Numbered from the whole stretch's first letter, positions 20,984-33,372 are shown. The stretch is 62,164 bases of DNA, filler included, from 15 parts of 15 records of this genome joined end to end with filler, not necessarily neighbours in it; one strand, 5' to 3'. Notes: generated by a model from the letters alone, not told the origin. Numbers and translations: made by a program.

Positions 20984-23970
20984 TCAAAACTATCTGCTCC
21001 ACAGCAACTGTTTGATCCAGAAACTCTTCTTTTTCTAGCAACTTTACGCTTTCTGCATGAACAAATCAGTACAAATATTATAGCTATACTCAAGGCAATG
21101 AAAGCTATAATGATGCCAAACAAGATGTAAATCCAATAGGGGAGAGACTCTAATAAATTTCATTAATTTTAAGTAGATTTTTTGACAAATTTTGAAAACT
21201 TTCCAATTAGAGTACAATAATATTACAGTATTACTATCTTATTTTACTGATAAAAAGCATATCATTGCAATTTTTAATTGCAGATTTGCCCTGAGTTGAT
21301 ACACAAATTAGCATTTAGTTATTTTAACTTATTCATGGAAAGTTAATTTACCCTAATTATGCAATATTATTTTATTCATGCCTAATTACAATGTAACATG
21401 TCCTCAAGAGCACTACTAATATTAGATCGAACTGAATTGTCACCAAATGCATAGAAATCACCTTGATTAGGCTCAGTAGTTGGCCAGTAGTGTCTTAGCC
21501 CGGCTCCAGGCGGCCTACTTGGAATACAAGGATCGCGTTCTGACATCACTGGATATAATAAATTCTACAACTTGAATTGAATAGAGAACTACCTACAAAT
21601 TTTTTACTTATTATGAATACAAAATATTTCATCTATCGAGCGATTGTAAACTAGCATCAAGATTTTATAGCTTTTGAATCAGTCAAGTTAATTGCCAAAT
21701 TGCCAAATGTATTGTAATGTATTGTATCTCTCAGAATCAATGTTTGAGGAAGTTCCCTATTCATAAAAAGAACTATAGCTGCAATTACTTATAGTGTTTA
21801 GTTACCTAAAATTACATGTATCATTATTAATCCAAGACGCATCCCATCGCTTAAAACCATGTTACATGAAAGCTAGTAACAACAATTCCCAATATATGTA
21901 ACATAATAAGTAATAATTACAAGTAAAAAATGGCAAAGATTATTCTGAAAAAAAAATAATACACATAATTATTATTAATAACGCAATTACCATGTAATTT
22001 AAATCTACCTTCGAAACTTAAAGCTTTTATTATTAATAAAACATATCAAATAAAAAAATATTATAATTCAATAGGAAGCAGCATAATTGTGGTAACAGAT
22101 ACATTAGAACAAAAAGGACAATTTCTCTATTCATTTTCTACCAGTCGTTGTGTGAATAAAAAATTTCCTAAAACAAGAAAGTGATATACCTTCAATAAAA
22201 GGAACAACATTTATAGATATACTTTACTTACCTAACAAATAAAAATAACAGAATAATTGGCTGAAATGGATAATAACAGATGTCAAACAAAAGGATTTTT
22301 CTTATTACAGAGTATGGCTTATCCTAAATTAAACATTGATGCTTTATGATGTAATGATTACGTCAAGCAATAGCAAATATATACAAGCATGTACATTTGC
22401 AACTACAAATTTACCTATACAAAACTGAAGTAGTTACTGTAATACTATATACTTTTCAAGAACGTTAATTTTGATAAAACTTACAACATTAGCGAATTGA
22501 ATTTTTGACTTTCCCAGTCTAAGACCACATTTCTTCCATTCTTCACAGGTTTTCAACGAAGTTTTGTCGGTCGTCATAATGCCCATAAGAGAAGAATTGG
22601 AAAAATCTAGCGGATGAAAGGTATGGATGGCAACTATTTTACTGCTGATGCTCGTCATTTCATTGCACAAGTTTTGAAGATTTAAGAAATTTGTCGTTGC
22701 ATAAACTGCTGATCTGAAATTCATAGTTGAATCATATGACATGTAGCATACGGTAGGTATCATATGTTTTACATAGTAGATCTGTATAACGTACATCGTA
22801 CATCGGTATAACGTATGTCGTACATAGTAAGTATGTATGAATGTATTAAGTAGTACATGGTATGTACGACATATAATGCACATTTTACAGATCTACTATG
22901 TACATCGTACATAGTAGATCTGCATAACGTACAATGTACGACGCACATTGTACGACGTACATTGTACATAATACATTTATACAACCTATGCTATGTATGC
23001 TATGTATGTTACAGTATGTATAATCAAATCAGTTACGCATTTACCTTGAATGTTCGGTGTCTAATTTAGAAAATACTTCAGCCGATCGCCTATAATTAAG
23101 ACTACAATCAATTAAAAAATGATAATTGCTTTTCTGGTAATCAAACAGAGGTTCGGGAACATATGTGATCAAATCCACGAATTCCTTTACAGACTTTTGT
23201 TCCGCTGTACCATTTTTCTAAAAAAGATGCCACTACTAGTACTTTAGATGTACTACCTATCTTTAGATGTAAATAGATGTACTACCTATCTTTAGTCTAG
23301 TAGTAGTCTACTACTAGACTAAAGATAGGTAGTACAATGTAGTACTAAGTACATACATAAGTACCTAGTACGGCTAAGCCAGTACATTTGTACGTTACAA
23401 TGAGCAATAGTGCGTGTAGCGACATTTGATCCACAGAGATAGGAAAGTCTTTCAGTCTTTCCTATCTCTGTGCATTTGATCGGTGTATGAAAAATTGCAA
23501 ATACGGAAATTGTTTTATTAAAACGTTCATTATTAATAAGAACAGTATTGATTCAATAATGCCTACTAAAAGTTTCAATAAAACAATTAAAAGTTGACAT
23601 TATCAATTCTAATACTAAAGTACCTACCTGTGTTTTTTCACTAAAATTAATGAATTCTTTAAAATTTGTCAGTAACATTTTAAGTTCTTTCTCGGGCTTT
23701 GCTTCAGCATTTCGGCTACGTACAAGTTGCTGTAAATCTTTAACCAATTTATTGTAATTGGGTTCGTAGTCCTTTTCTCTGAAATAAAGCATTGTAATAG
23801 GGATTCTTTTAGCAACAGCTGCCTACAAAATCAGCATGTGTTGTATTCTTCAGTGTTATTATTTATTAATAATAATAACGTAGGTACATGTATCTACACT
23901 TTTTCAGTACCTTTGCTATTCCATTTGCAATAGAATTTAGACCTACAATTGTCATCCTCGGAGATTTCAT
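20984..23970 (-). CDS. Uncharacterised multi-exon single-pass membrane protein, possibly with a degenerate vWA-like ectodomain (partial; model incompletely resolved)
   Basis: Phase-consistent exons at about 23822-23628, 23217-23045 (YHFLIDCSLN) and 22713 onward (RSAVYATT). TM segment WIYILFGIIIAFIALSIAIIFVLIC followed by RKRK at about 21040-21140. Confidence 0.5.
23278..23336. repeat. Perfect 29-bp inverted repeat with a 1-nt spacer
   Basis: TGTACTACCTATCTTTAGTCTAGTAGTAG-T-CTACTACTAGACTAAAGATAGGTAGTACA. A 22-bp direct repeat (23245-23266 and 23274-23295) overlaps the left arm. Confidence 0.95.
23432..23472. mobile_element. 41-bp mini-MITE with 16-bp TIRs and a 9-bp target-site duplication
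   Basis: CACAGAGATAGGAAAG-9nt-CTTTCCTATCTCTGTG, flanked on both sides by CATTTGATC (23423-23431 and 23473-23481). Confidence 0.8.
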
Positions 23971-24799
23971 GTCATTCGGAACAAGCTGCAATAAATAAGT
24001 CTAATTATATCACGTTACGTAATTCACATAGTAGTACTATGATAGTACTGTAGTACGGTAAAAGTACATAATGAATGAATGAAATTTTATTATTAGGTAN
24101 NNNNNNNNNNNNNNNNNNNNNNNNNNNNNNNNNNNNNNNNNNNTTAATTAATTAANNNNNNNNNNNNNNNNNNNNNNNNNNNNNNNNNNNNNNNNNNNNT
24201 AGAGATATGGAACAATAAAAGTCTTACCTCTATAAAAAACTAACTATATACCATAATTTCTTACAAAGTAGTTATAGCAAATAATATTAATAGTAGAAGC
24301 AAACTTAATTTCTAGATAAAAATAAAAATTTTAGCTTTTTTAACATAATTTTTTAAAATTCTTAAATATAATCAATAATATAGTTAACATTTAACAATAA
24401 TATCTTGCAAATTTAAAAAAGTATTTATTTTTCTCATATTTTTGTTACTAGCTAGCACTAAGCTAAAGTAAAAAATATTTAAATATACTAAATAAGTATA
24501 ATATTAACTAGTTCATATACAGTAAGAGTTTTTAAATATATAATTTATTAATATTGCAAAGTTAGTAAAATAATTTATATTTATTATTTGTTATTGGTAA
24601 AAGTATAATGTAATAAAGAATATTAAAATATTACATAATTCTAAATTTTGTAAATATTAGTATAGTTAAAATTTCAAATGTAAACAACAAATTTCTTTAA
24701 TAATTAATATTAAAAAACTTTTAAGCAAGCAAAATATTCTTAAACTTAACTTTTGACATATGCTTAAAATAACTTATATAATTAAATTTCTAGCTATTA

Positions 24800-25800
24800 A
24801 AATCCAATAATTAGATGATCTATATGTATTTGTTATATATAAAACAGCAATTTATAGAGTAGTCTTTATTAAGTACCATTTTGTTAAGTTTCAGATATTT
24901 GTTACATAATGTAAATTATACAAATTTTGGGTATAGGTTTAATCTTTAGCTTTGCTTTTTTCAAGCAAATAAGTAACTTTATTCTTTTAGCTAAATTTAA
25001 AGAGCATTTATTATTGAAATAAAATATCTTTTCATTATATTTTTAATAAATTGGAATCATAAAATCATAGATACTGATTTCATTCAGATTTAAGTTGTAA
25101 ATTGTATCAAGCAGACAGTTTAGTATAAATATTTGACAAAAGATTTCTTATGCCTTATTGTAATTTCTGTAATTTATTAACTGTTCTATTACCTCTAAAA
25201 TCATATTACTATTTTTCAAATTTATTTTTTTGCTTCTTCATTAATAGGCTTTTGAACAAATGTATGTGCAACTGCCAAAAGTACAAAGTATGATACTATA
25301 TAGTAGTATAACAGCACAGTACTTTACAATACAGTATATAGTATATATTATTAAATACTAAGTTAGATATAGTATGCTCTAGTAAAAACAGAAGTAGTTT
25401 TTTGTAAACCTTTGAGATGTGGTGCAATACTGTAATTGGACAATAGTTCTCTACATTTTGTGCATATTCTAGTTTACATATAGGTATTACCAATCCTATC
25501 TTCCAAATGCACAGAAAATACTGTTGTTTTAGATTGCAATAAAAATAAATTGTATAATTACTAATAATACTTGCTTATAACATTTTAGTAGCTTGATAGA
25601 TAAGCCATCATGCCCATTTGCAAAGTTGCTATTGATTTCACTGATACTAAATACTATGTCTGCATATTTTGAGTAATTGAAACTTATTAAAGACTTATCT
25701 TTAGACACAAATTGTAGTAAAGGACTAATTGAAATTAAGGGACTAAAGATGGCTAGAAAACATTTATTAACATTTGCCTTTTCTTTATCACAAAAAGCAT
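24800..25800 (-). mobile_element. Decayed non-LTR retrotransposon (LINE) reverse-transcriptase remnant; boundaries approximate
   Basis: ANGHDGLSIKLLK resembles APGPDGI..LLK, and WKIGLVIPICK...ENYCPITVLHHISKVYKKLL resembles WK.A.V.PI.K...NYRPISLL...SKVFEKL. Stops and frameshifts are present. Confidence 0.8.
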
Positions 25801-26684
25801 GGAAAAATATAATTTATTTTTCTAAAGAATTTAAGTGTTTGTAAACAGCAAAAAAAAATCAAAGCAAGTAATTGTCACTATTTTTGTGCCCAACATTTAA
25901 TATTGTTAGCTAGAATATTACCTGCTTATGCCTTTAAATTATTATTATTTTTATCTTTTCTTTTTAGATTATCAATTTTTTTAATCAAATGGGACCCTTT
26001 AGGTCTAATCTAGTTAGGTATGATTAACCTTCTCTAGATAGTATATTTTGATTCAGAGAATACAAGATCATTATCTATAAATTCATATAACTGTAAGATT
26101 AATATATCTGCATCTTTATGATCAAATTTTAAGACATTGGCTTTGTTACAACTTTCACTCAAGATAGCTTGCATTTGTTATAAAATATTGATATAATTTT
26201 CATCTAAATGTAGCTACTAAGCCATAGATTTTGATAAGCTTTTTTTGATAACTTTCTTTTAAATATAGCTACTTTATAAGAAATTATAGTATCTGAAAAT
26301 CTAAATGATTTTGAAAATATAGTAAAAAGAATAAAATATTTTTTTTATTTTAAAAAATGTATTTCTAAATTTAAATAGTTAGATGTTTAAAAAGATTATT
26401 GTTAAAAAATATACAAAGCTTATATAAATTTATGTTAATAAGTTATTAAATATGTAGTGATGTAGCTAGCAAATGCAAGTGTAAGTGCATGCCAATTTCT
26501 ATGAGAAAAATTGTATTTGCAGTACTTTTAGAGAGATGCTTACAGAATCCCTTGTTACTGTTCTTCATCCATTTAGTAAGAACTNNNNNNNNNNNNNNNN
26601 NNNNNNNNNNNNNNNNNNNNNNNNNNNNTTAATTAATTAANNNNNNNNNNNNNNNNNNNNNNNNNNNNNNNNNNNNNNNNNNNN

Positions 26685-27604
26685 TCATCATCATCATCAT
26701 CATCATTAACAGTAGTAATGACATCATCATTGTTTGGATCTTTTCCTTTGGTAGATCCAGGTTTATGAGTAGAAGTACCAGAAGCATCAGGACTGATCAC
26801 CACCACCGTAGTGGTCTGGGGCAATGTTTCATTAGAAGCCAATGGAATACATTTACTACTTTCATTTCCGTCTTGGCTCTTACAATTTGCATCACATTTG
26901 CAAATTTGTTTGCCCTTTACAATTGTGCAGGTACCACAACCACAATCCAAAGTGCACGGTGCCTTTGTCTTTGATGTAGTTTTACCTGATTTCATAGTTG
27001 AGCTTGTAAATGTCGCCTTGGAGGTAGATACTGTCTTTTTGCGATTTGTTGTTGATTTTGTAGTTTTTGAAGGTGTAGGCTTTGGCTTTGATTTGGTAGT
27101 TGTAGCAGTTTTCTGCTTCGCAGTAGTAGTAGCTTTCCGCTTTGTAGTAGTAGTAGTGGTTTTCTGCTTTGCTGTAGTTGGAGAACTAGTTTTAGTGGTT
27201 TTTGACTTTGTAGTTGATTTTTTGGTTGTAGTTGTTGTTTTTGGCTTCGTTGTTGTACTTTTGGTAGTTGTTGATTTTTTACTCAATTTTGAAGTAGTTG
27301 ATTTTGTGCTAGTTGAGTTAGCTGTTGCTGATCGTTTATTAATTGTTTTAACACATTTGCTTTTCTTATCTTCAAATATCTCGTTTTTGTAACCAAATTT
27401 GCAAAGGCAAATCTCCCTTGAATTTTTTATTACACAATTTCCATAGCCACAGAATAGCATTTCATTCCCTAGAACTCTGTAACATTTGTTTCTTAGTCCA
27501 TTTATATACATTCTTAATACAAAAGGTACATTGGAATTGCCAAATTCTATTATTATTAACCATAAAATCATAAGAAGTAGAAGACCTTGTTTAATTTTTG
27601 TCAT
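26685..27604 (-). CDS. Signal peptide + EGF-like + KR site + Thr/Lys-rich mucin stalk + second EGF-like domain (3' partial)
   Basis: Hydrophobic N-terminus, six-Cys EGF spacing, INKR dibasic site, T/K-rich tract and a second Cys-rich module. Paralog of 28197-29303. Confidence 0.8.
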
Positions 27605-28196
27605 ATTATTAACATTAAGTGATAAACATAGCGTTTTTCCAAAACTGAAACTTTTATATTTTCGAAAATTGAATTGTCATCTTTTATTTCAATGTAAAAA
27701 GTACTGCGTAATAATTAGCAATTACTATAGATATTTATGTGACAGTATTTAATTACAAAATAATATACAATAGGGATACTATATACAATAATAATATATT
27801 ATAGTAACTATAAGTACTTTTATATACAAGTAGAATTACTATAGGAGTTATACTTCAAATAACGATAACTATTGATATTATAGATTATAGCTATTATAAA
27901 TATAATTGTTCAAATTTGGCCATACTACACTATATCATAAATATATCTGTTCTATAATAGCTACTATAGATATAATTGTTCAAATTTGGCGCTACTACAC
28001 TATATCATAAAGTATCCACAAACACTTACTAAATAATGTCTGCTATTACTAAATAGCAAATTTTACGAATATCTGATGAGGAATTTCTTGTACATAGTTA
28101 CGATATAGTTATAATATACAACAACAGTGAGTTTAATTTAAAGTAGTAATATCGACGCTGTAACAAATAAGAAACATCTTCACTCAAATGAAAAAT

Positions 28197-29303
28197 TTAT
28201 TTGTGCTTTTTAATTTTACCAGGTCTTTCATGCTTTTTCAGACCATCTGGTCCTCTTGGTCCTCCACGTATTTCTGGTTTTTTGGGAATTCTATGCGATT
28301 TCACTTTTGCAGGGCCTTTTCCATCTTTTTTATCGTCCCGGTCTGGGAGCACTGCCTCTGTTTTCACTTCAAGATAATAGGGGGTCTTGTATGATTCTAA
28401 TGTACTATAAGTATCAAATGATATATCTCTTGGTGGCTTCTGTTTTTTATGAGATCCACGTTTTGATTTCCTTGACTTCTTTAGTTTGGCCCTTTTTCTT
28501 CGATCAGACTTTGCCTTTTTCTTTTTTTGTTTTCTCTTTATCAGAACAACAGCAACAGCCACTGCCACAATTATAAGAACCAGAACTACACCTGCTGCTC
28601 CCAAGGCAATTGGCAATGTCAAGGACTTTCTCGAGCTCTTTTTGTGTTCAATCGTACTGTTTCCTTCAGGCCCTCCAGGAGTATTTATGTTGATGTTGAT
28701 ATCATCGGACACGGTTGTTAAGTTAACTTCTGGTGTCGATTTGGAGGTAGGTGCTGGCTTTTGGCGAGTTGTTGTTGGTTTTTTAGTTTTCGATGGTTTT
28801 GGCTTTGATTTGGTAGTTTTCTGCTCTTTTGTAGTTTTCCGCTTTGTTGTAGTTGGAATACTACTTTTAGTGGTTTTTGACATTGTAGTTGACTTTGTTG
28901 TTCTTGTTGCTTTTGTAGTGTTTGAAGTTGCATTTGTAGCTTCTGATGTAGTGTTAGTTTTTGTTGTATTGGTGGCTGTAAGATTTGTAGTAGTTGACGT
29001 ACTATTAAATAAAGTAGTTGAATTAGATGATGCTGCTCTTTTATTAATTGCTTTAACACATTTCCTTTCAAATATCTGATTTTTGTTACCAACTTTGCAA
29101 AAGCAAATCTCCCTTGAATTTTCAATTACATAACTCCGGTAACCACAGAAGAGCATACCATGCCCAAGAGTCCTGTTATATTTGTTTCCTAATAATTGAA
29201 TATATGTTTCAAGTTCAAAGGGAAAGCTTGAATAACCAACTTTTATTATTATTAACCACAACATGATGAGAAAGAATAACAGACGTTGTTGAAATTTTGT
29301 CAT
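28197..29303 (-). CDS. Type I membrane mucin-like protein with a degenerate EGF-like domain and a basic cytoplasmic tail
   Basis: Signal peptide, four-Cys EGF remnant, INKR, T-rich stalk with many NxT/S sites, TM helix LPIALGAAGVVLVLIIVAVAVAVVLI and a K/R-rich tail. Intronless. Confidence 0.85.
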   Translation of the reverse strand: MTKFQQRLLFFLIMLWLIIIKVGYSSFPFELETYIQLLGNKYNRTLGHGMLFCGYRSYVIENSREICFCKVGNKNQIFERKCVKAINKRAASSNSTTLFNSTSTTTNLTATNTTKTNTTSEATNATSNTTKATRTTKSTTMSKTTKSSIPTTTKRKTTKEQKTTKSKPKPSKTKKPTTTRQKPAPTSKSTPEVNLTTVSDDINININTPGGPEGNSTIEHKKSSRKSLTLPIALGAAGVVLVLIIVAVAVAVVLIKRKQKKKKAKSDRRKRAKLKKSRKSKRGSHKKQKPPRDISFDTYSTLESYKTPYYLEVKTEAVLPDRDDKKDGKGPAKVKSHRIPKKPEIRGGPRGPDGLKKHERPGKIKKHK

Positions 29304-29391
29304 GTCAATAAAAAATGCTAAAAATAGCGTTTTCTCAAATTTAATTTTAATTTTTAACTTTTTTAAATCTAGAAAATTTAATTTTAATTTG

Positions 29392-29600
29392 CTATTTCAT
29401 AGTCAAAAAGGCTTTATTAAATTACAGTAATAAATAGTAATTACTAAAAGTAATTTACTATAAGAACTATTATAAAAATCCCATATTAGTTAGGCAATCA
29501 TGACTATTTCATAGTCAAAAATGCTTTAAGTTACAATAATAAATACTAATTACTATAAATAAGAACTATAATAAAAATCCTATATTAGTTAGACAATCAT
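29392..29600. repeat. About 110-bp tandem duplication upstream of the mucin-like gene
   Basis: CTATTTCATAGTCAAAAA...TAATTACTA...TAAGAACTAT...AAAAATCC.ATATTAGTTAG.CAATCAT occurs twice (about 29392-29500 and 29503-29600). Confidence 0.8.
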
Positions 29601-29699
29601 AATTAGTAATTTCAAATTATGATAATTACCATAAATAACATTAGACAACATTATTAACGTGATGCAATACAATGTCTAAACATTTACATATCTCTTGAA

Positions 29700-29885
29700 T
29701 TCGTAACTTTTATTATTAACTATTAAAGTATGAGAAAAAAGACCTTGTTTTGCCGTAATAATACAATTGTCAAAAGTAGCGTTTTTTCAAAATAGCAATC
29801 TTAGTAGTTTGGAAATTGAACTTTAATCTCCTACTTCATTGTATAGAAAGCTTCAAAGTATAGTATACCAATTAGTAATTACAAG
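29700..29885 (-). pseudogene. Degenerate 5' fragment (upstream region and signal peptide) of a third EGF-mucin paralog
   Basis: Colinear similarity to 27545-27730 and 29235-29445 (TATTATTAAC, AGACCTTGTTT, TAGCGTTTT, GAAAATTGAA, TAGTAATTAC) without an intact ATG or ORF. Confidence 0.55.
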
Positions 29886-30694
29886 GAGTATGTATACACA
29901 GTTATTGCGACAATAAAACAGTATCTACATAAAGTATAATATATAATGTCGATATTATATACAATAAATAATCACTATTAATTACTATAATTACTGTTAT
30001 GTACAATCAAAGTTAATAATTATTAATCACAATAGGAACTATACTACAATTAACAATACCTACTATAAATAGAATTAGATAATATAAACTTACATTGTTA
30101 GTGCTTTTATAAGAAAGAGTAAAAGACTTTATCGAAATCTTTTACAGAACTAATACAGTTGTGAAAAGTAACGTAATTTTTCATTGTAAAAAACGCTTCA
30201 AGTTCAATTGGTAATTACTATAATTCAAATGACAATAATTAGTATTGTATAAATAGAATTAGATAATGCTAACGTGTTTCAATTCCAACCTTAAGCAAAA
30301 AAAAATCTGAACAACAATAAACTTTATTTACAAGTTAAGTTTTACAAGTATTGTTTTAAACTTTATTTACAATATTATTTTAACACACAATACACATCTT
30401 AATAACTTTATAGTACGAGCTTTTATGTTCGACATCTTCATAACACATCATCTTATTTACATGACTATCACAAGTTCTAAATACATTGTATTTAATACAA
30501 AGAAAAAAAAATTAGTTTTAAGCAATTATAAATTATGTCATACTCATTACTTTTAAGTTTCATAATCATGACTATCCTTATCCAGGATCTCTGGNNNNNN
30601 NNNNNNNNNNNNNNNNNNNNNNNNNNNNNNNNNNNNNNTTAATTAATTAANNNNNNNNNNNNNNNNNNNNNNNNNNNNNNNNNNNNNNNNNNNN

Positions 30695-30975
30695 TCAACC
30701 TCATCTTGCTTAAGTGGACCATAAGACATCTGCCAAAATACTTCACTGGCAACACTCAAAATGCCTTTATGACCATATAGAACAGCATTTTGATGTGGAA
30801 AGTGAAACTTCACATCACCAGTCTCTTCAGATTTGAGAAGCAGTAGTCGACATCTATCTTTTAGATTATCAGCAGTTACTGAAGGTTCAGTAGAATTTGA
30901 ACAGACTTCACTTGATTGTGTATCTTGTCGCATTCTTTTTGGAGAACGTTCACCATTTTCACGGTCTTCAGCCAT
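30695..30975 (-). CDS. BTB/POZ-domain protein, 5' part
   Basis: TGDVKFHF...LYGHKGILSVASEVFWQMSYGPLKQ is a typical BTB N-terminus. Cut by the contig end. Confidence 0.85.
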
Positions 30976-31249
30976 TATTTTTTAGTGGCATAAAATATTT
31001 TATCAACCTATAAACAAACAGAAATATTTAGTAAATAATATCAACATACAATTATTATCTATAGACAACTTAGCCAAAAGCACAAAAACAATAAATGCAA
31101 TAAAAACAAGAACTATAGTAAATAATATTGCCAGAGGTGCAAATTGTGTGCTAGACATAAGTTGTGTGTATGTTTATGACCTAATGGTGTGACACCACAT
31201 TTAATTAACAGATGTCATACTTGTTGTGTGAGCAAATACAAAATAAAAA

Positions 31250-32549
31250 AGGACATCTGTGAGTCACCCCAAAAGCCTTTAGGCTAAAGGGTTTCTATAG
31301 TGTGAATCAACACTGTGTGATGTTGTATGATGTGAGAATTTGTTAGTTTTCTTCAGGAGGTGTTGTGCTAGCAAATTTTACACAATTTGCTTCCCTGAGT
31401 ATTGCTGCCACGTACAAATCCTAGCTAATATTACATCAATGAATGCAAATAACTTCAAATGTAGCAAGAATAATAATGTGGTACAAGTACTAAATGTTAA
31501 ATACTGTAATTTATCTTCAAACTAACTTTTACATTTCACATTTATAACAAAAGTAGTCTTCAAAATGGACTCTTCAACTAACAACTTTACCTTATCCTTC
31601 AATTCTTCCTTCTGCATGTGAATATAATAACATTATTATTGTATATGTCATTGAACAATGTCATTAGAATGTACCAATAAAGCTTATAGGCTTATAGCAA
31701 ATGAAGTATGGTATATAATATAAGGAACATTACCATTACTAAACATCAGCAACAAATACTAACTTTTTCAAACTGCAGACCTTACATGATGCGTTCATAT
31801 TGAATGCATGTGCACAAAGAACAAATAGTTATTGAATTTCCAAAAATCTTGACAAATTCTACATAGACCTTTGGCTCAATAATACAAAAAAAAATGAACT
31901 CATTTCATAAATTTTAAGTTAAATTTTTAAAAATTTAAAAATTTTTAACCCCTTACCTTTATAATTCGATGTTAATTGGCGACACCTATATTATTAACAG
32001 ATTCTTAAAATTAATCAACAAATACCAGTCACTCGTATTTCTCTATGAGATTTCTTTGCTAACTTTTGGGACAGGGGTGGGGACAAACATTTATGTTGCC
32101 ATCTATGTAGGACCCAAAACTGAAATTTATTGATTACTTTTATAATTGGGAATTCTCAATAACAATAATAATATCATACCTCAACAATGTTGAGTCAACA
32201 TGCCCTCAAAAACACCAGATTTAACACCAAATACTTTCACTTAATCTTCCTTAATAATAATGCCAAAATATGTCACCTGCACTGCTCAGAATGGCTTTGT
32301 GACCATAAAGAACAGCATTTTCATGAGGAAAATGAAATTTCACATCAGCTGTTTCTTCAGAACAGACAATTAATAATTCACATCTTGCTTTCACATTATT
32401 GGCCATTAATAATGAGGATGCCAGACTGTAGTTGCTAGTTCTACTCGTAGACTATGAGTTGTAGTGGAACCTGAACAATCTTCATCTGATTGAGGGTCTT
32501 CTCATCTTTTGTTTGGTGAACATTCTCCAATTTCGCGTTCTTCAACCAT
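31250..32549 (-). pseudogene. Frameshifted paralog of the adjacent BTB gene (3' limit approximate)
   Basis: MVEEREIGECSPNKR* matches MAEDRENGERSPKR, and TADVKFHFPHENAVLYGHKAILS occurs in another frame at about 32270-32355. Stops and frameshifts are present. Confidence 0.75.
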
Positions 32550-33288
32550 TTTATTTATAGAATATATTTCTATAGAAAGTGTCAACCTATGAGCAAACAA
32601 AATAAATCTACAGTAATTTGGTTACCAAATTTTCCTAACAGCAAATACATTGTTGAAAGATAACATATTTCACACTTATACAGAATATACAGAACAATTT
32701 TCCATTGCAAAATGCAGAATGATACAGTACAGTCCGTTACAGATTGTCTGTACATTAGTAGTACTAATTTAGTACACATTATTAGCGACTGTATTGCATG
32801 TATATATCATCAATGGGAATTTGCATACCAACGGTATGATACCGTAGAGTTAGCCTAACTCAGTTAGGTAATTCAGCCAAGACCAAAATATGAATACATA
32901 GAACGTTTTGCTTATTATTGTATAATAATATGTACAATTCTTGTATAAATTCTTATTATTACTATTATTAGTACATGTAACATGATTATTTGGAAGCTTA
33001 ATTTTGGGTCAACCGCGTCTTTACGGTACCACGTATAAAGTAGCAATTGTATTAGTCATGTACCTAAGTACCTAAGTAACAATTGTACCTACTTAGGCAC
33101 ATACCTAACCTATGTACCTAAGTACTGTACTTGAAGTACATATCTGCTATGTATCTAATACTATCTATGTATAGTTGAACGACTGTATCGAGTCGATAGA
33201 ACCTACCCATATCATATCGGGCATCGTACAAATAATATATGGAACTGTGTATAATATTAGGCCTAAACTGTAAATATAACGTATAGTA

Positions 33289-33372
33289 TACCGCATTTAT
33301 TCGATAATACGCCTCCCTCGAATAAACGTCAATTTGGAAAGGATAGATTTGTAATACACGCCTCCCTCGATT
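33289..33372. mobile_element. End of a DNA transposon/MITE (TA|CCG start, AATAAACGCCTCCCTCG subterminal repeats)
   Basis: The CGCCTCCCTCGA motif occurs twice here and recurs at 56540-56621. Both copies sit at contig ends. Confidence 0.65.

Noticed and set aside
22769-23069. Cys/Tyr/Val-rich short ORFs (also 42708-42926, 43790-43984, 56309-56587)
   Set aside because: They are translations of low-complexity TAC/GTA-rich non-coding tracts.
28074-28100. CTGATGAG hammerhead core start
   Set aside because: No GAAA or stem III follows.
26811-29079. Long Val-rich plus-strand ORFs (193 and 197 aa)
   Set aside because: They are antisense shadows of the Thr/Lys-rich mucin codons.
31320-31347. Resemblance to the U6atac 5' end (TGTTGTATGA...GAGAA...GTTAG)
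   Set aside because: The match is short, the rest of the snRNA is absent, and it lies in the decayed BTB paralog region.
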